Shown: one piece after another, positions 1 through 9,699 of the stretch
Layout: every line of letters begins with the position of its first letter
Numbering within the stretch: the first letter of the stretch is position 1
DNA from: Utricularia gibba
Lineage: Eukaryota; Plantae; Magnoliophyta
DNA length: 64,000 nucleotides
Assembly (NCBI GenBank): GCA_002189035.1
Contig: NEEC01000024.1
Span: 744,001-808,000, forward strand
Direction of reading: 5' to 3'
Position numbers and translations under genes: made by a program
Notes under the pieces: generated by a model
Database searches by the model: none
What the model saw: the letters and a program-made list of their open reading frames with translations, nothing else
What the model was told of the DNA's origin: nothing

Positions 1-673
1 GTCTTTCTATAACAGTCCCCTTATTTAAAATTCATGGTTAGCTGATCACTACCCGGGAGTTTTGGAGAGGAGCAAGGTGGAAAGCACCAACTCATGCCCC
101 TTTGGCAAGAGGAAGACAACGTTTTGTCTGGTGCCGTACCTCATGATCAATGGACATGTAGCGACCTCGTATCTGAACTCATGGGTCATTGGCAACACTC
201 GGGCACACGCACGCAATTCGGCCGTGAGGGTACGCTGGCAGGACCTCTTATTCTCACGTTCGTCCAAGGAGGAGCAACATCGGACTATTCCCGTGCCTTC
301 TCGTAAGAAAGTGTAAGGGAGGTAGACAATTCCTTACTCCTATAACCGAGTACTCGAGAAGACCAGAGAAGAGTGAAGATGCAATAAACATAGCTGGATA
401 GGATTCCAAATCCAGGAACATTTACTTTATTTAAGGTTCATCGCTTACGTTGATTTCAGTTGTCTGTTCAAAACCCCTCTTATTCCCTTACTCAAGCTTC
501 ATCATCAACGTTTCTCGTACCTTTTACTTCTAAAACCGTTTACAAATCGTGACAGTTGTATTCGGGGTACCTCACCTTTCACTCAAAAACAACTCCTTGT
601 GTTAAACACCCGTACTACGTTTTTGTGTTTTACGAGTTTTAAAAATATTAAAATTTGTTGTGAAAACGCATCA
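1..673 (+). mobile_element. 3' part of an Athila-type Gypsy LTR (family E), cut by the window start
   Basis: Colinear and highly similar by eye to 62796-63460; ends ...aaaacgcatca like the other family-E LTR ends (41567, 50005, 63460). Confidence 0.8.
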
Positions 674-875
674 GGAAGAATGTCCCATAAAGTTGGTATT
701 ATTTGCAAAAGTAGATTATCTTGATGTTGTCTATTTCATTTAGATTTGAGGTTGTTGTGTTGAAGACAAAATAATGAGTTGGACGTTATCATATTTTCTG
801 AATTTTTGTTATTCTGTTTTAGCATATAAATCTAATGAGTTATAGTTCAAGAAACAAGTGAACCTAATATATGTT

Positions 876-1402
876 TGTTAAGGGTGAAAATCGGAGTCCG
901 AGATGGGGCCGATTTTTGGGTGATAGGTGCAGTCGGAAATATCGCACCTTGTTATGTTTTTTTGCGATTCGTTTGATGTGATCAACGGAAATGAAGGTAG
1001 GTGGAGATTTTTATGTGTGCCGAAGGACGGAGAAACCATGGAGCTATCGAAGCTTACCGGAGAAAATCCTTATTGAATGGAGATGATGAAGAAGGGTACA
1101 GGTTTGGAGACTTAGGGTCCAACCCTTTTGTTGTTATGAGTTCTTCTATTTATAGAGGAGGCCGACCCGACCGAATCATGAGTTCTGTAGTTGTCGGCTA
1201 CCTTTCTGTACTTGTATTGTGATCTTGCTTTTCAGACAATCGCCGACCATCCTGCTATGACTCGGCTACTTTTCAGACTATGCCAATTCGCCGCTATCAG
1301 ATCTCTAACACATATCGGTTTGTCGGCCGGCATTGTCTCATCAAGACCTCACTTGGCAGCCTTTTAGAAACCGATTATCCTCAGCCAATTTGTATCCCAT
1401 CA
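876..1402 (-). mobile_element. Probable solo LTR (527 bp), lineage uncertain (possibly Tat-like)
   Basis: On the minus strand it starts TGATGGGATAC and ends ...CCCTTAACA; flanks are atgtt (871-875) and atgtc (1403-1407), a 4/5 TSD match. Confidence 0.55.
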
Positions 1403-1650
1403 ATGTCTACATCAAAATTTAATGATTTATTTTTATGTGAATAATATACAACATATATTTCATTCTCGAATAATTACATAAATTGAAATTTTTTTAATAT
1501 TAATTTTTGTTTTATTAATCTGTTTTACAATAAAAAAACAACGTTCAACATAAACTTTGATTTATGTATTTAAATTCATGCATTGAATTATTTTATATTA
1601 ACGCTACATATGAAATAAGTAATTTGGTAGGAGTCCAATACACAAATGTG

Positions 1651-2090
1651 TTGGACTCCTATCACATTACTTATTTCGTAGGTGTCATTAATGTGAGATA
1701 TACACAGGTGTGGTTTATGCACAATCTATGTTTGTGTGTTGGATTTCTACCAAATTACTTATTTCATTGGTAGTGTTAATACAGGATATACATGGGCGTG
1801 GTTTATGTATAATCTACGTTCATGTATTGGACTCTTATCAAATTACTTATTTCATAGATAGCGTTAATGTACATAACCCACGTGCGTGTGTTGGACTTCT
1901 ATCAAATTACTTATTTCGTAGGTGGTGTTAATATCTAACACTACATGGGTGTGGTTTATGCGTAACCCACGTTCGTGTGTTGGACTCCTTCCAAATTACT
2001 TATTTCGTAGATGCCATTAATGTTGGATACACATGCGCATGATTTATAGATAACTCACGTCCGTGTGCTGGACTTCTTCCAAATATATAC
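1651..2090. repeat. Tandem array of about five ~88-bp units
   Basis: The unit anchor ttggactcct..aaattacttatttc recurs at ~1651, 1739, 1827, 1891 (shortened unit), 1980 and 2068. Confidence 0.85.
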
Positions 2091-2129
2091 TAATCACATT
2101 GAATTATAGTTAACTGTCAAATCGAACAT

Positions 2130-2875
2130 TCATAGATGTCTATCTACTTCCATTTTCACCCTGATAGAGTCTCTTATGGCATCCATGTCATTATCCCCTG
2201 CACCTTCCAAATCAATCAGTGGATCTTGTGAATCATATTCTTGCACTTCTTCTAAGAAATCTGTGTCATCATTGTTCATAATTCTAATGTAACTGTGCAG
2301 TGCTATCGTCACAATTACAAGCCTAATTTGTATCTTCCAAGCCAATGGAGAAGGGAAGCAAGTCACTAACTTGAATTTCTTCTTCGAAATTCCAAATGAT
2401 CTTTCAATTGTGCATCTCAAGGATGAATGCTTGAAATTGAATAATTCCTTTCCATTTCTGAGAGATGGATTTCGAAAAAAATCTGGAAGATGATATCTCT
2501 CCCTCCTGTATGGGGCCATAAACCCATTCCTATTTACATAACCAGAGTCAAGGAGGTAGTACTTTCCTAATATAGAACAAGATCAATGAATAATGATGAG
2601 TAACACATTTGAATTAACACATTAAACAACTATGAGTAATCACCTTGAGATGACATTTGAAACTTAGAATTTTGATCACTAATGGTAGCACATAACACAC
2701 GCGAATCATGTGCTGCCCCTTCCCAACTAGCAGCCACAAAAGTGAAACATAAATTAAAATCGCAAGCAGCCAATATGTTATGTGTTGGTTTCCCCTTCCT
2801 TCCGATTAATGGAATTTTCTTTTATGGTGGCAGAATTGCATCAATGTGGGTACTATCTATGGCTCCAATGCAATC
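2130..2875 (-). pseudogene. Outer PIF/Harbinger transposase (DDE_Tnp_4/HARBI1-like), C-terminal exons
   Basis: Translates DCIGAIDSTH..., WEGAAHDSRV, GKYYLLDSGY and HSSLRCTIERSFG, typical plant Harbinger transposase motifs; in-frame stop present; acceptor tttag|GAT at 2876/2875. Confidence 0.85.
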
Positions 2876-3421
2876 CTAAAGTATAAAAATCATCCAATAA
2901 TGATTAGTCAATAAATTAAGGGCGCGTTTGGTTACTGGGTTTGATCTAAACCCAGGTTTACTTTATTTGGGTTTAGGGAACCCGGTTTTGTGGGTTTAGT
3001 CTCTGTAAATCCTGTTTGGTTGATGGGTTTACATTATTTGGGTTTAAATGAACCCACGTTTGGTTTGTGGGTATAAAATAGGGTTTATACATAATTTTTA
3101 TGAGAATTTACCAATATAGCCTTTCACACTCTTCCACTGCCTTCCACACCGACTTTACCAATCAGACATATTCCTCTTTATTACCATTGTTTTTCCCAAT
3201 TCGTCCATCGACTTTCACACTCGGTTGTCGCGGTGCTGCCGGTTGACGAGATCTCTCAATTTCACAAGTAATTGAGAGTCAAGAGTCATGGGTTAAGTCC
3301 AGTTTGTATACTCCCTTCAATCCGTTGAATTTTGAGTGAATTTTACGGTTTACTTGTGGTAAATGCTCTGTGTAGGTGCTTTGTTCTTGCTGTTTTCTTT
3401 CCTCCAGCACAGATTGCAGGT

Positions 3422-4453
3422 ATGCATAGCGCAATCGTGGTGGAAGAGTCTCACAAGAAAATGAAACGCGCCTGGAAGCCAGATGAGGAGAAAGACTTGT
3501 TGCATGCTTTGAAGTAGATAGTGAAATAAGGCTGGAAAATTGAGAATGGTTTTAGAGGTGGTTATCACCGAGCGTTAGAGACAGAGTTCTTGAAACTCCG
3601 CCCTAGAACCGACATTCACGCACAATCGCATATATCTAGCAAGGTGCATACTTGGAAAAAAGACTACTACCTCCTTCTAGATTTTTTATCTAGGTCGGGC
3701 ACCGGTTTCAGTGAGCTAACCTACACTGTAGACGCAGACGATGAGGTTTGGAAGGAGATTGATCAGGTACGTATGCCCTGTTGTCGCTGTGTTATATCCG
3801 GTGCTGACCGTGTTATTATGTCAGCATGCACCCAGACTGCGCGCCCTAAGACACAAAGCGTGGCCGTATTACATGGAGTGGCAGGAAATCTTTGGAAAGG
3901 ATCGGGCTACAAGAGAAAAAACCATGAGCTATGTTCACGCGACCAGGAAGAGGAAATTCATGGAAGATGTTGGGGAGAATCTGGAAGTATCTTCGGATTG
4001 CCTTCTGGACCCGGATAGCACTGGACACGATATGAACTTCTTGTATGCTGACACATCTTGTGACCCAATTGGTTGCGCTGCGGAGGGTGTGAACGTCACG
4101 GCTAGTAGGGACTCCGAGTCACACAACAGCACCGACTCGTCGCGGCGGACTGGACGAAGCGGCAGGGGACCTAGGGGAATCGATGATGATGTGCAGTTCA
4201 TCAAAGAAATGAAGGAGCTTAACGTGCGCACATTTGATTAACAGTGGTGCAGCAAGCGCGGGAGTTGGTGGATAATCAGCGTCAGGCAGGGGAGATCATT
4301 AGAGGTATGTCGGTGCAATTAACTGCAATCGAACGTTTTACCATAGCAGAGACAATTAGTTCCAACCCTGCGAGGTTGCGCTACTTCTTTGCCTCCAGCG
4401 ACTGTGAAAGAGAGCTTATTGTGCGTGGTTTAGCATCAGAACGTAGATCTTAA
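3422..4453 (+). pseudogene. Harbinger ORF1, Myb/SANT-like DNA-binding protein (disrupted)
   Basis: RAWKPDEEKDLLHAL..GWKIENGFRGGY..HISSKVHTWKKDY..DDEVW..WPYYMEWQEIFGKDRAT; two early in-frame stops (~3516, ~3527) and a frameshift near 4241. Confidence 0.85.
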
Positions 4454-4829
4454 ATCTGTTGTGTAGTGCTCCGCCTTATGTTGGACTCATGGACTAGATG
4501 TATTTCATCTTCTAATCATCCTTTAAACTGGTATGAGCACTGTAAAGGGTAGACAGTGTTTTGACTTCGTTGTTGAGTACTTTTCCACAAACACGGTACT
4601 GCAACTATCGCCACATTCATAGCGGTGCTATCGAGTAGTGATGGACTAGCACCACGTTAGTGCTGCATATTACGAAGCACCACGTCTAGACACAAGATTT
4701 CAAATCCAGTGATGGCATAGGATGTTACAACATCCGGTGCCATCGCGATAAGTGGTCAATCAAAAACTAACAAGGTCAGCATACGATGCTTCATGCAAGA
4801 TCCATGCAATTTCAAAGGTGCACCGTCGA

Positions 4830-6445
4830 TTACACAAGAGTCTTGTAATGCTTCCACAATGGGTGTTCCTCGTCTATTGGACGTTGACCTACCCGAAGGC
4901 GATTGATGTACATGGGTACATCCATTTGGTCAATGAGAGCTTCCAGAAACATCCTAATATCCCCCCTCGAACCAGCGAACAATCATTGACTGCGGTGTAC
5001 TTGAAGGTGGCTGGGAATATGGCATTTTCGGGCTGTCCAATGAAACTAAACAATCATCGGATGCAAGATGGTGGAGAATGAGCACAACTAGAAACTCACC
5101 GGATTGTGTAGTGACTTGTACGGTGCATCATCGATGAGAAGCGTATTAAGACGGTGATATTTGCCCTTGAACTCGATGTTAGCGCCCCATACATAATTCA
5201 AAAGCTTAAGTTTAACCATGTTGTTCCTTTTGTCGTGCACCAAATAGTCGGTGTCCACACACCTGGATCCATCCCATTGGAAGACGAGCTTGCTGGTTGC
5301 TGCAGACCCTAGTAACCACTGAACCACATCGTGCAATTGTTCACTGTCACATGTTTTCAGAAAAAAAAAGTCAGCAGGAATGCAGACCCCCTTGCCTGCA
5401 AGGTGGTCAGTCTTACCGTCCTCTTGAAGACCAGATGGCGACGTCAAAGTGTTCCATGCAAAACTGTATCAACTCACGTGCACCTGGTCGAAGATACACT
5501 ACAAGCATAAGAAATAGTACCGACACATGCACCAAATATTAAATGCATATCAATGACACTACATTACCGTTTCGCCTGTAAATGACGGCATCCAGCTTCG
5601 GCGCTCCCAATCTGACTTCGCAAGGATACACAATGTCCGCAAGTATGCCATTCACGTCAAATATAAGCAACTTCCGTGGTGGGGCCGTGTTATCACTCGA
5701 CGGTCCACCATATGGCCACCTTGCTTCATACCATGCAAGCCGACCATAGAGTTCAAGATTCTCTGCGTACAGTCTGTCCATTTGGATGTACTTTGCAGTG
5801 GCAGCACTACACCCATCGTCGTGTGTCCAAATCGGTGTTGGCCCCTCCGTGTTGCCCCTGACTTCTGGCTGCACATCTTCATCCTCTTCATGGGTCACCT
5901 CCTCAAGATCATCATTTGTACTCCTATGTTGTCTACGGTGTCGAGGGGTTCCGCACCACAGATGCTGTGTCCTAGGGGCATTGATGAAGGGGGGGCAAGA
6001 CGTCCTCCAAGGACTTTGTTTTGCAAGAGAAAAAAATTCACAAACCTCCTCGTCACACGTTTTGGCAATACCTCTATGCCTACAATGCAACAAAAAAACA
6101 TGAGTACTGTTCAACAAGACGTGTAGCAAAGAAGACACGCATTTCTGGGGGTATGTCCTCCTCTTCACAGATCTGAAGAAATGCGAGAACGTGCGCCACA
6201 GAACGTGGTGTGATGTGGGAGAGTGGGATCTGGAGTGCAGCAAGTATTTGTACCAAGAAAGGGGGTGCGGGGGGGGGGGGGGGGGGTCGCAATCCGCACC
6301 GAAAGTGCTTGGTGGTGACAGCGAATCCCAATGTGCCAACTCTGGATGGCGGTTCGCCGTCCGACGTTTCGCCCGGCTGTTTATCCCACATCATGTAAAC
6401 GTCGGGAATTGAGAAGCGGACACGTAGTTTCTCACACGTCAACAT
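4830..6445 (-). CDS. Cargo gene: gypsy-type Transposase_28-like domain fused to an FCP1-homology (NIF/HAD) phosphatase-like domain, 4 exons, ~468 aa if two homopolymer frameshifts are corrected
   Basis: Exons 6445-5568, 5498-5417, 5343-5100 and 5032-4830 with GT-AG introns of 69, 73 and 67 nt. N-terminus: PGE..HFRCGLR.P.PPFLVQIL..LQIPLSHITPRS..LAFLQIC. C-terminus: KLLIFDVNGILAD, YLRPGARELIQFCMEHFDVAIWSS, NTLLIDDAPYKSLHNP, AIFP, GGDIRMFLEAL. Needs -1 nt in the A7 run (6092-6098) and +1 nt in the C6 run (4961-4966). Confidence 0.75.
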
Positions 6446-6743
6446 CTGGAAAACAATAGACGTGTTACTCGACGATGGCAACAAAGAATTTGAAACGCAG
6501 AGGGCAAAGGTGCCTACCATCGCGATGCTGTTCTAGAGAGGTTGTCGAGGAGACTATTTTCGCGGTGCTGTTGCACGTTTGCCGAAAGGGTGGAGTTGGA
6601 TGAGCAGAATGAATGAAGTTGTTTTGGAAAGTGCACAATGTCAGGCGCCTTTATTGTGCGCAAAGGGGGTATTATGTTGACAAATTGTTTTTGGAACTCA
6701 GAACACCGGATTATGTTTTCGCGGTGCTTTGGAATGCGTAGCA

Positions 6744-7078
6744 TAGCTTAGGCGTACAGAAGCACCGCATATTACGAATCGCGGTGTTTGGTCAAATGGA
6801 GTATTATTGTACTACAAATCACCAATGCTAACATGCACCAGCTGCATACGCATCTACTTCTAAAATTTGACAGCACCAGATACGAGGAAACATGCGGTGC
6901 AGCACTGAATACAACATAGCCCAGGCGTACAAAAGCACCGGAGTTTATGGATCGCGGTGTTCGGTCAAATGGCGTATTGCTGTACTACCAAATACCCTCA
7001 CCACTATGCACCAGCTTCACACTCATCTAATCTTTAATTTTTGTCAGCACCAGATACGATGAAACATGTGGTGCTGCC
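6744..7078. repeat. Two ~170-bp tandem units upstream of the cargo gene, rich in AGCACC/GCGGTG motifs
   Basis: catagcttaggcgtacagaagcaccgc... (~6743) and catagcccaggcgtacaaaagcaccgg... (~6915) are colinear through cagcaccagatacga.gaaacatg.ggtgc. Confidence 0.8.
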
Positions 7079-7309
7079 AACAACTTTGGTGTCATACAAG
7101 CCTCTGTAACACCTCAACTGAAGATCGCGGTGTTAGCTCCAATGATCCACCGTGTGTTCCCATGTTACCCCATGGTAACACATGACACTTTGGTACAATC
7201 CCAACAATTTTTGCATCAACTAGCAAATACTTTACAATTTCAAGTTCAAGTTGGAGTACAAACGGGAATTAAGGAAAACCACTAGCATGACAATGTCTAA
7301 AATAGTGCT

Positions 7310-8510
7310 ACACTAGCGGCACCTACGGGATGCCAGCCACTCGGTTTACATCCCCTCGGCTTGCTGGTCACGCCACCTATTCTATGTCTGATTGCCTCCG
7401 ACAGATGTCGTGACATCTTCTGGATCACTCGTGTCCCCAACTTCATCCTGGAAGTCCAATGGGACCTGATCCTCCAGGGGATCGACCACCATCTCCTTTC
7501 GAATGAGGTTATGAAGTAAAGCACATGCCAGTACAATGCGGTTCTGTGTGTCTACGGAATAGTAGCTAGCCGTCCATAGTATACCTCACCGCATCTTCAT
7601 CAAGCCCCAAGCTCGTTCAATCACATTTCTGGCTGATGCATGCCGCATGTTGAATAACTCCTTCGCATTCTGGGGTGCTCCATTTCCCTGTCCCCACTCC
7701 TTCAAGTGGTAACGGACTCCATGGTATGGTGCCAAAAAGCCCTCCCTATTAGCGTATCCATTGTCACATAGGTAATATGTTCGTGTGTCATCACGTATAC
7801 CAGGTGCATAAAATCATTGGAATCACATGCGCAAGAGTTAAACAAGTGAAATACCTGGGCATACACGGAAGCCATCGGATCATGAGAGTGCATTGTTTAG
7901 CACCCGACTATCTGCAGCAGACCCCTCCCACCCTGCAAGCACATATATAAATTTCATATGTTCATCACATACACCCAACACGTTGGTGGATATCACCCCC
8001 TTTCAATTTCTGTACCTTGTAGCATCACATTTGTTAACTCGTGTACCGATGTATGTGCCATCTATGGCTCCAACACAACCCTGCAAATGCATAATCAATT
8101 TTAGGATACACATTCGTAAAAAGAAGCATGAAAGATGTGTCAACCTGGAAGTGTTTAAACTTTCCTTCAGATGCACGTTCTGCAGCAACTACCGGGGTCT
8201 CTAACAGCACCTCATGGAGGCAAAGCACCGCATGCAACACCTTCTGGAAGCACCGAGACATAGTCTTTCCAGCCTTTGAGTTAGAACGATTTTCTAATAG
8301 GCTACCTAAAATACCCAACGCATCTCGGCTGATTCTCAAATTCTCAATGGATTCGCTATTCACATCACTCACCAACCTACTAATAAACTCAACTTGTTTA
8401 GGAATCTTGTGTGTAAGTGAATACCTGCGTCTCACCCTATATCCCTACGACATTTCTTCCAATGTAAGTATACTAACACATTCATCTACACCAAGTATTC
8501 GGTCAAAACT
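7310..8510 (-). pseudogene. Transposase of the complete Harbinger element (disrupted)
   Basis: GCVGAIDGTYI, YYLCDNGYANREGFLAPYHGVRYHL and HASARNVIERAWG motifs; in-frame stops and an apparent internal deletion in the N-terminal part. Ends approximate. Confidence 0.85.
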
Positions 8511-9068
8511 ACCGCTGCCGCACTCAAGATGACATGACCCTCCGTGAAAAAATCCATGTCCCCTCAACAGTCACCTAAATTGAGCAAAATAGGTTCACTG
8601 ACACAGCACCATAGATTCTGAAATTAGAAATTCACAGATAAAAATCCACTATGCGGTGCTGCCGTGGTTGGCCTCTCGCGGTGCTACCGTGGACCAACCC
8701 ACCAAGAACAGAGAGCATACTTGCCGAAAGACCCACACTCTTGCGCTCAAAGAACAGGCGATGCCACTGGCAAAGCACGAACAAATCTAGGTTGTAGATC
8801 TGCGTTCAAATGTAGTTCACGCGAGGGCAAAAGTGGAAGTACCGAGCTGGGTTTAGTTAAACCGAACCCCCCCCCCCTCTGGGTTTAGCTAAACCCAGCT
8901 CCACGGGTTCCCGCCTGGTTTATGGTCAATAGGTGGGTTTATTTTTACCCACCTGAAACTCACGAACCAAACGTGGGTTTATGTCTAAACCCACGCTGCA
9001 ACCCACCTAAACCCAACAACCAAACGTGCCCTAAGAGAATGGATAGACTAATATATATGATATACAAC

Positions 9069-9660
9069 CTTAAAATAACGTGAGTATCGATCGTCGAATT
9101 GGATCTCTGGAGGAGTAACATTATGTGGTCGAAATAAACAAATCCAATCTTTAGACATCTTAAAACAAGCTTTAAGAACTGCACATATCGATCTATGGAT
9201 TGTCCATACTATGGTATTATGCAAAACACAACATTACCATACAAAAGCATATTAGCCAAAAAAAAAATCAGATGATACAAAACAAAAAAACATCATACTT
9301 GAATGTTTATACTCTTCTGCAAGATAACGTTGATTGTGACCTTGGCCAACATATTGAAGAAAGTGAGCAAGTTGTTCCCGAATGGAGACACCCCCAATAG
9401 GTTTCAACCCATAAGACTCACTCAATAATTCACAAAGTTGATAAAAAAACATGAGTTCTCAGTCTTAACTTATCATAACACCTAATTGGATTTCCTTCTA
9501 ACATCTCCATCAACAATTATGCATTCGTAAACTTCCTATTCTTACATGAAAATTTATGCACCCGATTAGCATAATAACTAACAATCAAAGATACAACACT
9601 AACCACCATTTTTTAAACTTCTTTATTTTTTCTTGAAGATTGATCATCATCCGTGTATGA
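9069..9660 (-). pseudogene. Outer PIF/Harbinger transposase, N-terminal exon
   Basis: EMLEGNPIRCYDKLRLRTHVF, VSIREQLAHFLQYVGQG and PEIQFDDRYSRYFK|gt donor at 9069/9068, which splices to the exon at 2875 once the inner element is removed; frameshifts present. Confidence 0.8.
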
Positions 9661-9699
9661 CTTCAAAGGAGACAATGAATACTCCAACTCAAAAACCAT

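Larger units (their letters stand above)
2920..9031. mobile_element. Complete PIF/Harbinger DNA transposon (6112 bp) carrying a Myb/SANT ORF, a transposase and a third cargo gene
   Basis: TIRs GGGCGCGTTTGGTT (2920-2933) and AACCAAACGTGCCC (9018-9031), 1 mismatch; TAA target duplication at 2917-2919 and 9032-9034; Myb-like ORF on plus and transposase on minus, tail to tail. Confidence 0.93.

Noticed and set aside
1651-2090. 88-bp array as a possible CRISPR-like repeat-spacer structure
   Set aside because: Whole units are similar to each other with no unique spacers, and the context is eukaryotic.
6269-6286. G18 run giving a poly-proline stretch; also C10 at 8868-8877 and a long G run at ~61442
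   Set aside because: Homopolymer lengths are unreliable. The domain pattern needs only a short L-P-x-P-P here, so no functional claim is made.
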